Of a DNA stretch of 64,000 bases, positions 1 to 9,218 are shown in pieces. This DNA is from Chloroflexota bacterium. Its GTDB lineage: Bacteria > Chloroflexota > Dehalococcoidia > Lucifugimonadales > UBA3495. Positions within the stretch are counted from its first letter, which is position 1. Each line of letters opens with the position of its first letter. Both the position numbers and the translations under genes were made by a program. The stretch covers positions 9,962-73,961 of the forward strand of contig JACZUF010000008.1 of NCBI GenBank assembly GCA_022573285.1, written 5' to 3'. The notes under the pieces were generated by a model. That model was not told the origin of the DNA. It did no database searches and saw only the letters and a list, made by a program, of their open reading frames with translations.

Positions 1-780
1 ATCGAAAACCTCGCGGCCGCATTCCATTAATTGATAATGCACGACCCAGCGGTCGCCGGAGCGTTCGAGACGGCGTACTGAAACCTTGGTGAATATCTCC
101 GCGCCGTGGTTCTTGGCGTCCGGCAAGTAATTCATGAGGACCGTGTTCTTGGCCCCATAGTTGCACCCAGACATGCAGTCGCCGCAGAGGGTGCAGGCTG
201 CTTGCTGTACGCCTACGTGATTGACGCGATCGGCGAAATTCACGTTGATCGGCGGCCGGTAAAATTTCTCTTGCATCCGGTCTGCCGACAACTGGTGGGC
301 GTTTAACTTAGCCAATTGAGGAAAGTCATCGGGGTACGGGGTAGGCTTGAGCATCTCCTCGGCTCGTTGGTACCCGTCCTCTAGCGATCCCGACAAGTCG
401 TTACGAAGCTCGCCGGGCCACCGAGGGTCCTCGAACACGCGAGTTTCGGCCCGAATCGAGACGTTGGCGTTCACCAGCGAGGTGCCACCCAAACCACATC
501 CCAGAAAAACGTTGATGTCATTGTTCACCCGGATGTCATACAGCCCCGTGGGCGAGCCAATGTGCCGGCCGGCCAAGGTCACTTGCACTTCCGGCAGGGC
601 GGTGCGCAAACTGTTGGGGTATTCGCCAGGCTGCATTTCTTTGCCCCGCTCCAGCAAGCACACCTGCTGACCAGCCCTGGCCAGCCGCGAGGCAGCGATT
701 CCGCCCCCATAGCCGGAGCCGATAACCACTACCGAATAGTGGTCCTTGAGGTCCCCGATGGACGACGACAACCTAGGCAT
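1..780 (-). CDS. GMC-family FAD oxidoreductase, cholesterol-oxidase-like (N-terminal part; gene runs off the window start)
   Basis: Own translation of the minus strand from ATG 780..778 gives MPRLSSSIGDLKDHYSVVVIGSGYGGGIAASRLARAGQQVCLLERGK... (GSGxGG FAD fold) and later ...CTLCGDCMSGCNYGAKNT.... The frame is open to position 1. It is absent from the ORF track because it is truncated by the window edge. Confidence 0.8.
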   Translation of the reverse strand, partial: MPRLSSSIGDLKDHYSVVVIGSGYGGGIAASRLARAGQQVCLLERGKEMQPGEYPNSLRTALPEVQVTLAGRHIGSPTGLYDIRVNNDINVFLGCGLGGTSLVNANVSIRAETRVFEDPRWPGELRNDLSGSLEDGYQRAEEMLKPTPYPDDFPQLAKLNAHQLSADRMQEKFYRPPINVNFADRVNHVGVQQAACTLCGDCMSGCNYGAKNTVLMNYLPDAKNHGAEIFTKVSVRRLERSGDRWVVHYQLMECGREVFD

Positions 781-1333
781 ATCATCACCCTCTTGCCAAC
801 GCTAAATCCACCCAGCAATTCACCAGATAATCAATATCTTTCAAAACGCTGCGGGCAGCCTTGCTCTCAAGCAGAAGGAGTACCCGAGAGCTATATGTCC
901 CGAAAGGCTGGGCCTTTTGCTCCGGCGTCCCAATCCCCCGGTCCTACTCTCATCCGTGACCTCAACCCTCGCAGATTGAGGGGATACTTAATAAGGAGGC
1001 GAATCTCCAAGTTGAAGACCGCATAAACTAACCGCAAGTTTATAAATTGGTAATTTTTTTGTCAACAGGCATGATACCGTGAATGATTTGACCTGTCCCA
1101 CTCCTCCTTACAAAGCAATCCTTCCCGGGAAGGACGCGAATTATAGGAGCAGGACCCTAACTTAGCTATCTATCTGATTTTCCGGGGCCACCTCAGAATT
1201 AGAAGCGAACATGTGGAATCAAAGAACCAACGGTAAGTACCGCTTAGTAGCGTCGGACAATTGCAAGGAGGGCTAAGTCAGTGGCTCTTGATGAGGCCGT
1301 CTAGTAGGGCGGCCGCGCCGCCCGCCGGAGGAA

Positions 1334-4300
1334 CTACTCTACGTACCCATTTTTGAGGTCCCAGTCCAGTGCCGCTTGGCTGCGCTCGGACGGGTTGCCG
1401 TAGCCGCCTCCCCCGGACGACAGGCAGTAGACGTGGTCGCCGGGGTTGACCACCACCTCGGTCTCTTTGGATCGCAGGACCCGCTCCGTCCCGTTGGAGA
1501 TGATCTTGTAGAGATGGGGGAGCCCGTCCTCACCGTCGAATAGTCCAAAGGGCGGCACCACGATGCCGTCGCCGGCGGTGTTCAGCAGGGCCGGGCCTTC
1601 CCCCTCGTAAATTAGGTCGCAGACCCCGCCCAGTCCGCCGCGCCAGGCGCCTTTGCCGCCCGAGTTGGGCCGCAGCTCATGCCTCCTGATGAAGAAGGGG
1701 AACCGCTCCTCGGTGACCTCGATGCTGGGGCTGCGGATGCCGCCCGCCACGTTCACCTCGCCCACGCCCGGCCAGCCGTCATAACCGTAGGACGCGCCCC
1801 CACCGCCCCGGGCCAGGAAGAAGTGCCAGATGAACTGCCGGCCGGTCCGCGGGTCCTTCCCGGTGATGGCGTAGCGCAGGCGGCGGGAGAAGCCGGCGTT
1901 CACCGCGTGGGGCACCGCCAGGGACAGGGCCTTGAATATCGCCTCCACGATCTCCTCGGCGCAGTGGTTGGTGCTCATGCAGACCGGGGCCGGCGGGTTG
2001 GCGTTAACGATCAGGCCCTTGGGGGCGATGATCTCCACCGGCCGCATCGAGCCCTCGTTCTTGGCCACGTCGGCCGGGGCCACGTACATGATGGCGGCGT
2101 GGGCCAGGGAGCGGGTGTTGGCGTAGGCGCTGTTGATGAACCCGGTCACCTGGGGACTGGACTCGCCCAGGTCGATGGTCATGGAATCGCCGGCGATGGT
2201 CACCTTGGCCCGGATCGGTATCAATTTACTGTCGAAGCCGTCGTCGTCCACCAGGGACTCGCCGTGGTACACGCCGTCGGGCCACTCGGATATGAACTGC
2301 CGCACCTGCCGCTCGGTGGCGGCCAATATCTCTTCCACCGTGGCCAACAGCCGGTCGGCGCCGTAGCTCTCCAGCAGTTCGGCAATCCGCTGGGCGGCGA
2401 TCATCACCGAGCCGATCTGGGCGTTCAGGTCGCCCAGGAAATTCTCGGGCTGGCGCACGTTGGCCGCCAGCATCTGCAACACGTCGTCCCGGGGGATGCC
2501 CCGGTCATACAGCTTCAGGGGCGGTATCCGGATCCCCTCCTGGAATATCTCGGTGGCGCGGGCGTTGTAGCCGCCGTGGGTGCCGCCGCCCACGTCGCTG
2601 TGGTGGGCCCGGTTCACGGCGTAGAAGAGCAGGCGTCCCTGGTGAAAGACGGGCCGGATGATGGTGATGTCGGGCAGGTGGCTCCCGCCGAAGTAGGGGT
2701 CGTTCAGGATGAACAGGTCGCCTTCGGCCACCGAATCGCCGAAGTAGTCCCGCACCGCCGCTCCGGCCACCGGCAGGGCGCTGACATGCACCGGGATGCC
2801 CTCTCCCTGGGCCACCAGTTGGCAATCGGCGTCCAGGATGCAGGTGGAGAAATCGCGGCTGGAGTTCAGAATCTGGGACATGGCGGTCCGCAGCATCACC
2901 TCGGTCATCTCCAGGGCGATGGACTCCAGGCGGTGCTCAACCACGGCCAATGTCACCGGGTCGGGGCGGTCCACCGCTCCCAGGTCAGGAACCGACGCCG
3001 TGGATTCCAACGAGACCAGCAGCTCTATACCGCCGTAGGGATCGATCGTCGCCGTATCGCCGGGCTCGACCAACACCGTGGTGAAATCCGATTCCAATAT
3101 GGCCGGGCCGGTCACCGTACTCCCCGGCGGCAGCTCTCCGATCTCATAGACCGGCGCATCAGTCCATCCCCCCAGGTAAATGTTGCGCCGCCCCTTCTCC
3201 TTGACGGCCTTTTTGACGGTCTTCTCCGTGCCACCATCCCCGATGTCCAATTTGGGCGGGTCCATCTTGGGCAGCCGGCCCACCGCGCTCGCCCGCAGGG
3301 TCACCAGCCGTATCTCCTGCTCTGACTGGCTGTAGGAGTAGAGTTCCCGATAGCGTTGGTGGAAATTTTCCGCCCATTGGGCCAACAGCGTCTCGGCGTC
3401 TTGGGCCAGGTCCGGGAGGGGAACGTTGACCTCATAGATCTGGTCGAGGTACCGCATGTCGGCGGACACCGAAACCTCGATATCGGCCTCCGGCACGCCC
3501 TGGCCCAACAGTTTTTTCTCGCCCTCAGACCTCATCCCAGCGACGATGGACCTGACCGAATCCAGGTCTATGCCCAGCAGAGACGCCGGATACGACCGGG
3601 AATAATCGTATCTGAGGTCGGTGGACAGCATACCGTGGGCGGAGAGCACTGCGGCCGCGGCCGGTATGATCACCTTCTCCACTTGGAGTTGTCTCGCCAC
3701 CTTCCCCGCTTGGAGGCCCGCCGCGCCTCCGAAGGCCAACATAGTGAACCGGCGGGGGTCCACGCCCCGCTGGACCGACATCAGCCGTACGCCCTCGGCG
3801 ATGGACGTGGAAACCACCCTTGAGATACCCTCAGCCGCCTCGATCATGGAGAGTTTGAGCGGTTGGGCCACGTGCTCTTCGATGGCTTTCTCGGCCAGGG
3901 CCGGCTCCAGTTTCGCGCTGCCGCCCAGGAAATTGGCCGGGTCCAGGTAACCCAGCGCCAGGTTGGCGTCGGTGACCGTCGGGCGGTCGCCACCCTTTCC
4001 GTAGGAGGCTGGGCCGGGCAGGGCCCCGGCGCTCTCGGGCCCCACCTGCATGATGCCGCCAGGACCGACCGAGGCGATGCTGCCGCCGCCGGCGCCCATG
4101 GTGTGGATGTCGATCATCGGGACCGATATCTTCCACCCGCCTTCAAATTTCTCGGTGGTGAAATGGGGCTCCCCGTTCTCGATCAAGGAGATGTCGGTGC
4201 TGGTGCCGCCCATGTCTAAGGCGATGAGATTGGAGTGGGCGGCCAAGCGGCCGTAGGCTGCCGCGCCGCTGACCCCTCCCGCAGGACCCGACAGTATGGA

Positions 4301-5080
4301 CCGCACGGCCATCCGGCTTGAGTCTTCGATGGGCGCGACGCCTCCATTGGACTGCATGATCAGGAAATCGCCGCCTTGCCGGAACGAGGCCAAACGCTCT
4401 TGGAGCTTTTCCAGATACCGGCCTAGCACCGGGCCCACGTACGAATTGATCACCGTGGTGCTGAGGCGGTCGAACTCCTTTATCTGGGGGATAACCTGGG
4501 ACGAAAGGGAGGTGTACATCTCCGGGAACTTGGCCCGGATGATCTCGCCCACGCGGTCCTCGTGCTCGGAGTTCAGGTAGGAGAACAGGAAGCAGACGGC
4601 CAGGGCCTCCACTCCTTCGCGCTTGAAGTTATCCAACGCCTCGATCAGTGAATATTCGTCCAGGGGGACCATGGCGCTGCCGTCGGCCCGGACCCGCTCC
4701 GGCACGTCGGCCCGCAGGTACCGGGGCACCAACGGCTCAACCGGGGTCATGCGCAGGTTGTAGCGGTCCTCTTTCAGGCCCTCCCGCATCTCCAGCAGGT
4801 CCCTGAAACCATCGGTGGTGATCAGCCCGACTTTAGCGCCCTTGCGCTCCACCAGGGTGTTGGTGGCCACGGTGCTGCCGTGGATGATCATGTCGGCAGA
4901 CGCCAGAAAATCTTCCAAAGACAGGCCGTGAGCGGCGGCCGCGTCGTTGAGGCCGGCCATCAGCCCCTCAGAGGGGTCGTTGGGCGTCGAGGCAGTCTTG
5001 AAATAACGGGGAGGCCGGCCTTCTTGGGCGACCACAAAGTCGGTGAACGTGCCACCCACGTCGATGCCGATCACGTACAC
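1334..5080 (-). CDS. Fused hydantoinase A / hydantoinase B (N-methylhydantoinase / 5-oxoprolinase family)
   Basis: 1248-aa ORF. N-terminus MYVIGIDVGGTFTDFV is typical of HyuA/oxoprolinase. The C-terminal half is HyuB-like (...NDPYFGGSHLPDITI...). The length matches fused oxoprolinase-type enzymes. Confidence 0.9.
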   Translation of the reverse strand: MYVIGIDVGGTFTDFVVAQEGRPPRYFKTASTPNDPSEGLMAGLNDAAAAHGLSLEDFLASADMIIHGSTVATNTLVERKGAKVGLITTDGFRDLLEMREGLKEDRYNLRMTPVEPLVPRYLRADVPERVRADGSAMVPLDEYSLIEALDNFKREGVEALAVCFLFSYLNSEHEDRVGEIIRAKFPEMYTSLSSQVIPQIKEFDRLSTTVINSYVGPVLGRYLEKLQERLASFRQGGDFLIMQSNGGVAPIEDSSRMAVRSILSGPAGGVSGAAAYGRLAAHSNLIALDMGGTSTDISLIENGEPHFTTEKFEGGWKISVPMIDIHTMGAGGGSIASVGPGGIMQVGPESAGALPGPASYGKGGDRPTVTDANLALGYLDPANFLGGSAKLEPALAEKAIEEHVAQPLKLSMIEAAEGISRVVSTSIAEGVRLMSVQRGVDPRRFTMLAFGGAAGLQAGKVARQLQVEKVIIPAAAAVLSAHGMLSTDLRYDYSRSYPASLLGIDLDSVRSIVAGMRSEGEKKLLGQGVPEADIEVSVSADMRYLDQIYEVNVPLPDLAQDAETLLAQWAENFHQRYRELYSYSQSEQEIRLVTLRASAVGRLPKMDPPKLDIGDGGTEKTVKKAVKEKGRRNIYLGGWTDAPVYEIGELPPGSTVTGPAILESDFTTVLVEPGDTATIDPYGGIELLVSLESTASVPDLGAVDRPDPVTLAVVEHRLESIALEMTEVMLRTAMSQILNSSRDFSTCILDADCQLVAQGEGIPVHVSALPVAGAAVRDYFGDSVAEGDLFILNDPYFGGSHLPDITIIRPVFHQGRLLFYAVNRAHHSDVGGGTHGGYNARATEIFQEGIRIPPLKLYDRGIPRDDVLQMLAANVRQPENFLGDLNAQIGSVMIAAQRIAELLESYGADRLLATVEEILAATERQVRQFISEWPDGVYHGESLVDDDGFDSKLIPIRAKVTIAGDSMTIDLGESSPQVTGFINSAYANTRSLAHAAIMYVAPADVAKNEGSMRPVEIIAPKGLIVNANPPAPVCMSTNHCAEEIVEAIFKALSLAVPHAVNAGFSRRLRYAITGKDPRTGRQFIWHFFLARGGGGASYGYDGWPGVGEVNVAGGIRSPSIEVTEERFPFFIRRHELRPNSGGKGAWRGGLGGVCDLIYEGEGPALLNTAGDGIVVPPFGLFDGEDGLPHLYKIISNGTERVLRSKETEVVVNPGDHVYCLSSGGGGYGNPSERSQAALDWDLKNGYVE

Positions 5081-5134
5081 GGTCAGCTACTCTCCGGTTT
5101 TGATTTTCCTGGTTGGTGCCGTTCCGCCGGTATT

Positions 5135-5611
5135 CTAACGGCGGGGAGCGGCGCCGTCCAACCAGAAATCGGGGCAGCCTCGTAGCGTCACTTCCCTGGT
5201 CCCCGGGGTCCGGCCCACGAAGCCCTGTTCCGATAAGAAGGCGGTGACGGCACGGCCCAAGGCCCCGCCCAGGTGATGCCCCCGCTCCGTCCAGTCCAGG
5301 CAGCCAAAGGCGAAATTGCCGGTGGACTTGGCCGCCGCGGCCACATCCACTCCCCGTTCCGCCATCGCCTGGAGGCCTTTGTGGGTGAGGGCGTAACCGA
5401 CCCTGTTTCCGGAGGCGGGCCGCGGTCCCTCTTCCAGCCAGCCCAGGCCGATCATCTTGTCCATCAGCGCCACTCCGGCCACCCCGGCCAGGTGCCCGTA
5501 GCAGGTCCGGGCCCGGCGCAGGCGCGAGTCGCGCCGCACTTCCCGCTTCGCCTGGGAGCTGAGTTTGGGCCGCATCCTGATGGGCTCTTGGCCGATTGTC
5601 TCATTGGACAT
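5135..5611 (-). CDS. ArsR-like winged-helix transcriptional regulator
   Basis: 158-aa ORF with an ...RTCYGHLAGVAGVAL... motif recalled from ArsR/SmtB-like wHTH regulators. It lies 54 nt upstream of, and on the same strand as, the hydantoinase gene. Confidence 0.55.
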   Translation of the reverse strand: MSNETIGQEPIRMRPKLSSQAKREVRRDSRLRRARTCYGHLAGVAGVALMDKMIGLGWLEEGPRPASGNRVGYALTHKGLQAMAERGVDVAAAAKSTGNFAFGCLDWTERGHHLGGALGRAVTAFLSEQGFVGRTPGTREVTLRGCPDFWLDGAAPRR

Positions 5612-5669
5612 GTTCCGCCTCCTCCGTTTTCATGTGACCGCGGGGTTCGACAAGAGTTCGCCTCAAAAT

Positions 5670-5761
5670 TGTCATTCTGAGGCGGTAGCCGAAGAATCTC
5701 GTTGCTGATGTACCAGCGCTGACCGAGAACAAAGAGACCCTTCGCTCCACTCAGGGTGACA
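5670..5761. repeat. MITE/REP-like element with terminal inverted repeats (copy 1)
   Basis: Starts TGTCATTCTGAGG...GAAGAATCTC and ends ...CTCAGGGTGACA. The termini are inverted repeats (TGTCAYYCTGAG). A second copy follows 29 nt later. Confidence 0.7.
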
Positions 5762-5790
5762 AACGAGGAGAGGAACCAGACCCACAACTC

Positions 5791-5878
5791 TGTCATTCTG
5801 AGGAGCGGGCCCCGAAGCGTCGGGGAAGAATCTCCCGTTAGTCACGTCAGCAGACCCCTCGCTACGCTCGGGGTGACA
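5791..5878. repeat. MITE/REP-like element with terminal inverted repeats (copy 2)
   Basis: TGTCATTCTGAGGAGCG...GAAGAATCTC...CTCGGGGTGACA. Same architecture and orientation as 5670..5761. Confidence 0.7.
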
Positions 5879-5897
5879 GCGGTAGGCGTACGTGGAG

Positions 5898-5932
5898 CAA
5901 AAGGCGGGGCCGGCGTTTCCGCAGGCCCCGCC
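5898..5932 (-). terminator. Rho-independent terminator after the Mo-subunit / MoaD-like operon
   Basis: GGCGGGGCC (5903-5911) pairs with GGCCCCGCC (5924-5932). On the minus strand the stem is followed by TTTTG (plus-strand AAAA at 5899-5902). It lies about 35 nt downstream of the stop at 5967. Confidence 0.6.
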
Positions 5933-5966
5933 GCATCTGTGCTGAGTTTAGTCCGGGCGAGGCCTT

Positions 5967-6236
5967 TCAGCCGCCGCCGAGAGCGGGAAGGAAATGCACC
6001 TCGCTGTTCTCCTGCACCCTTTGCAGCATGCCCAATTGACTGGTCTCTCCGTCGACTATCACGGCGATACCGGGGATCAGGTCCTCCTCCGTCTCGTCGC
6101 AGAGGAATTCCTTGACCCCGGGGTACTGCTTCTCCAGGTTGTTGATCACCTGGCGGACGGTGCTACCTTCCACTTGGATTTGCTGCTTACCGCCGGTGAG
6201 CTGTTGCAGCTTGGGCGGTATCCAGACCTCCGGCAT
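5967..6236 (-). CDS. MoaD/ThiS-family beta-grasp sulfur-carrier-like protein
   Basis: 89 aa ending ...FLPALGGG (C-terminal Gly-Gly type tail). Size and pattern fit the MoaD/ThiS/SAMP family. The ATG is 6 nt after the upstream stop, with AGAGGG just before it. Confidence 0.7.
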   Translation of the reverse strand: MPEVWIPPKLQQLTGGKQQIQVEGSTVRQVINNLEKQYPGVKEFLCDETEEDLIPGIAVIVDGETSQLGMLQRVQENSEVHFLPALGGG

Positions 6237-6242
6237 CTGGGC

Positions 6243-8564
6243 TTACTTGCCCTCTTTGGCCCAGAGGGCCTCCAAGACCTTGTCCGGAGACATAGGCAGA
6301 GCGTTCATCCGTACGCCGATGGCATGGTAGATCGCGTTGGATATGGCGGCCATGGGCGGCACGATGGGGACCTCGCCGACGCCCCGGACTCCGTAGGGGT
6401 GAGCGGGATTGGCCACCTCGACGATCACCGTGTCGATCATCGGCAGGTCCAGCGAGGTGGGCATCCGGTAGTCCAGGAAGCTGCTATTCAGCATGACGCC
6501 GTCGTCGTTGTAGACGTACTCTTCGTTGAGCGCCCAGCCGATGCCCTGTACCACGCCGCCCTGGATCTGGCCTTCCACGTAGCTGGGGTGGATGGCCTTG
6601 CCGGCGTCTTGCACGGCGGTGTACCGCAGGATCTCCACTTTTCCGGTGTCGGTATCGACCTCCACGTCCACGATGTGGGCGGCGATGGACGGGCCGGCGC
6701 CGGGAGGATTAACGCCCGCTGCGCCGACGATGGGACCGCCGGTGGGGACCATCCGCGCCGCGATCTGTTTAAAAGTCAGCTTAAGTTCCGGGTCCGACTT
6801 GTGCTGGAGAACGGCATCTACGTACTCCACATCCTCCCCCGGAATCTCCCAGACCTTGGCGGCCCGCTCGATCATCTGCTTTTTCACGCTCTGCGCGGCC
6901 TCGTAACAGGCCCAGCCGGACTTGAAGGTGACGCTGCTGCCGCCGGTGTTGGAGGTGAAGCCGATGGAGTCGGTGTCGCCGACCTGGGGCTTGATGTCCT
7001 CGACGGGAATGCCCAAGACCTCGGCGACGTGCTGGGCCATTGCGGCGCGGCTGCCGCCGATGTCCGGCGAGCCTTCGGTCAGGCTGATGGTGCCGTCGGA
7101 GTTGACCACGGCCACTGCCGAGGCGGGGCCGGTGTTGTTGCCCCAGAACCCGGTTGCAACCCCGCGTCCCCGCAGCTTGCCTTCGAGTTTGGTGTTGTAG
7201 TGCTGGTGGTCCTTCGCCGCCTGCAGGGTTTCGATGTACCCGACCTTCGGGGTCATCGGGCCCGTGACCCGGCGGACGCCCTCTTTGGAACTGTTCAACA
7301 GCCGGAACTCCAACGGGTCCATCCCCAGCTTCTCACAGAGTTCGTCGATGGCGGTCTCCATGCAGAAAGCGGAAGCCGGTGCGCCCGGTGCCCGGTAGGC
7401 CGCCGACTTGGGCCGGTTGACCAGCACGTCTGTGGCTTTCAGGTGGGCGTTGGGGATGTCGTAGTGGCCCATCATGCATTGGGCGCCCGGCGAGACGGGC
7501 GACCCGGGGAAAGCGCCTGCTTCGTAGACCAGGTCGGCCTCGGCGGCGATCAATTTTCCTTCCTTGGTCGCGCCAAGTTTGACCTTGATCCTGGTGGCCG
7601 AAGTGGGGCCGGTGGCCTCGAATACCTCGGTCCGGGACATCTGGACCTTCACCGGCCGGCCCGATTTGCGGGACAAAAGGGCCGCCACGGGCTCCACATA
7701 TACGATGGTCTTGGCGCCGAAGCCGCCGCCGATCTCCATGGGATAGGCTTTGACGTCGGAAACCGGGATGCCCAGGAAGCGGGCGGTGTGGTCGCGGACC
7801 GTGAACTGCCCCTGGCTGCTGGACCAGATGGTCAGCTTGCCGTCGGCCTGCCAATGGGCGGTGCCGGCGTGGGGCTCGATGTACCCCTGGTGGACCGGCT
7901 TGGTGACCGTCTCTTTCTCCACGATCACGTCGGCGTCTTTGAAACCCTGTTCAACGTCGCCGAGTTTGAATTCGAACTGGTTGGCGATGTTGGTGCGCAG
8001 ACTGTCGGCGTCGTCATCCAGCAGTCCGCCGGGCCGGAGGGCCGGGTTGGAGACGGCGGCCAGCCGCTCGTGCAGGATCGGCGCGTCCGGCTTCATCCCC
8101 TCCTCGGCGCTTAGCACCGGCTTCAGGACCTCATAGTCCACTTTGATCTTGGCCAATGCCTCTTCGGCGACGTGGGAGTTGACGGCAGCCACGGCGGCCA
8201 AGGCATGACCCTTGTAGAGCACCTTGCCTCTGGCCAGAACGTTCATGCTGAGAAACCCCAGGTTTTGGATAGCGCCCTCAGCCAGGTCGGAGAGCTTCAT
8301 GGAGGTCTCCGGCCAATCGGCGGAGGTGACCACCGCGTAGACCCCTGGGTGGGCCTCGGCGGCGCTGGTGTCAATGAATTTGATGATTGCGTGAGCGTGG
8401 GGACTGCGAAGAATCTTCCCGTAGAGCAGGCCCGACAAATTGGTGTCCGCGCCGTACCTGGCGCGCCCGGTTACCTTGTCGGCGCCGTCGTGGCGGATCG
8501 GCCTGGTGCCTACCACGTCAAATTCTTCGTTGGAGAGCACCATGTTGGGCTTGTAATCAAGCAT
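6243..8564 (-). CDS. Xanthine dehydrogenase / aldehyde oxidase family molybdopterin-binding large subunit
   Basis: 773 aa. Start ...VVGTRPIRHDGADKVTGRARYGADTNL.. and the overall pattern are typical of CoxL/XdhB-type subunits. No adjacent FeS or FAD subunit genes. Confidence 0.85.
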   Translation of the reverse strand: MLDYKPNMVLSNEEFDVVGTRPIRHDGADKVTGRARYGADTNLSGLLYGKILRSPHAHAIIKFIDTSAAEAHPGVYAVVTSADWPETSMKLSDLAEGAIQNLGFLSMNVLARGKVLYKGHALAAVAAVNSHVAEEALAKIKVDYEVLKPVLSAEEGMKPDAPILHERLAAVSNPALRPGGLLDDDADSLRTNIANQFEFKLGDVEQGFKDADVIVEKETVTKPVHQGYIEPHAGTAHWQADGKLTIWSSSQGQFTVRDHTARFLGIPVSDVKAYPMEIGGGFGAKTIVYVEPVAALLSRKSGRPVKVQMSRTEVFEATGPTSATRIKVKLGATKEGKLIAAEADLVYEAGAFPGSPVSPGAQCMMGHYDIPNAHLKATDVLVNRPKSAAYRAPGAPASAFCMETAIDELCEKLGMDPLEFRLLNSSKEGVRRVTGPMTPKVGYIETLQAAKDHQHYNTKLEGKLRGRGVATGFWGNNTGPASAVAVVNSDGTISLTEGSPDIGGSRAAMAQHVAEVLGIPVEDIKPQVGDTDSIGFTSNTGGSSVTFKSGWACYEAAQSVKKQMIERAAKVWEIPGEDVEYVDAVLQHKSDPELKLTFKQIAARMVPTGGPIVGAAGVNPPGAGPSIAAHIVDVEVDTDTGKVEILRYTAVQDAGKAIHPSYVEGQIQGGVVQGIGWALNEEYVYNDDGVMLNSSFLDYRMPTSLDLPMIDTVIVEVANPAHPYGVRGVGEVPIVPPMAAISNAIYHAIGVRMNALPMSPDKVLEALWAKEGK

Positions 8565-8739
8565 TCGCTCGCTCCTAGCTCATGATATTTTCAGGCACAG
8601 TTGAAACGCCTGTAGGCGTAATTCGCGTGGGTAAATAGGCAGAACAGATATGCCTTGGCATATATTATCACAATCCCAGCTTCGGCCCCGCGCCTGACCG
8701 GCCCATCAAACAGCCCCAGCCGCAGGCGTTGTATCCATG

Positions 8740-8774
8740 GCATCGACGGGGCATCGACGCGGGCATCGACGCGG
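8740..8774. repeat. Three tandem copies of GCATCGACG(G/C)GG
   Basis: gcatcgacggg / gcatcgacgcgg / gcatcgacgcgg read directly. Located in the divergent intergenic region between the Mo-subunit gene and sat. Confidence 0.8.
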
Positions 8775-9218
8775 CGGCCGCCAAAATGTTATGGCAAGTG
8801 GATTATCCCCACCGTAACGGACACTGTACTGCCCCAGGCAGGTTGAGATATACTGCCAACGGCGATTTACGCGTGGCTGGGGACCACCGGTTGGCCCCCG
8901 CCCGCGATCCAGAACCGGAGTAGACTTGAAGGATGCGCATACCTAAACTACGCGCCCGACGGGCACTGATCGGGCTTATCTTGATCGGAGTAATCCTCAT
9001 GGCCACCACCGCCAGCCATGGGTGCACGGTCAGCGGCTCCAGCCCGGAAAATGGCGGCAGCGCTGCCGTCAGCGGGCCATAGGCCCGGACCCTGGCACCA
9101 GGTTGTCTGGTCCCTTTTTACCCTTCGTTTCCCAGTAATCCCCTCAGGGACAGCTTAACGCCCCATTAATTTTTGCGTGGGGGCCGGGTCCGGCCCGCAT
9201 GAATTTGGAAACAAATTT

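Noticed and set aside
1027-1333. A+T-richer 300-nt spacer between the hydantoinase gene end and the GMC gene start as a mobile-element scar or ncRNA.
   Set aside because: No repeats, ORF or structured motif recognised. It is most simply the promoter and 5' region of the GMC gene.
1679-3325. 548-aa plus-strand ORF overlapping the hydantoinase gene. Similar long antisense or off-frame ORFs occur at 5994..8114, 13610..14545, 21327..22334, 26536..27810, 33397..34662, 35415..36524, 52011..53306 and 60891..61619.
   Set aside because: All lie opposite to, or out of frame with, genes that have clear family motifs. Their compositions are Gly/Arg/His/Pro/Val-rich, as expected from reading high-G+C coding DNA in the wrong frame. 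None shows a recognisable motif.
8740-8774. Possible CRISPR-like array or other spaced-repeat locus.
   Set aside because: It has only three directly abutting 11-12-nt units with no spacers. No cas genes or longer repeat-spacer periodicity are seen anywhere in the window.
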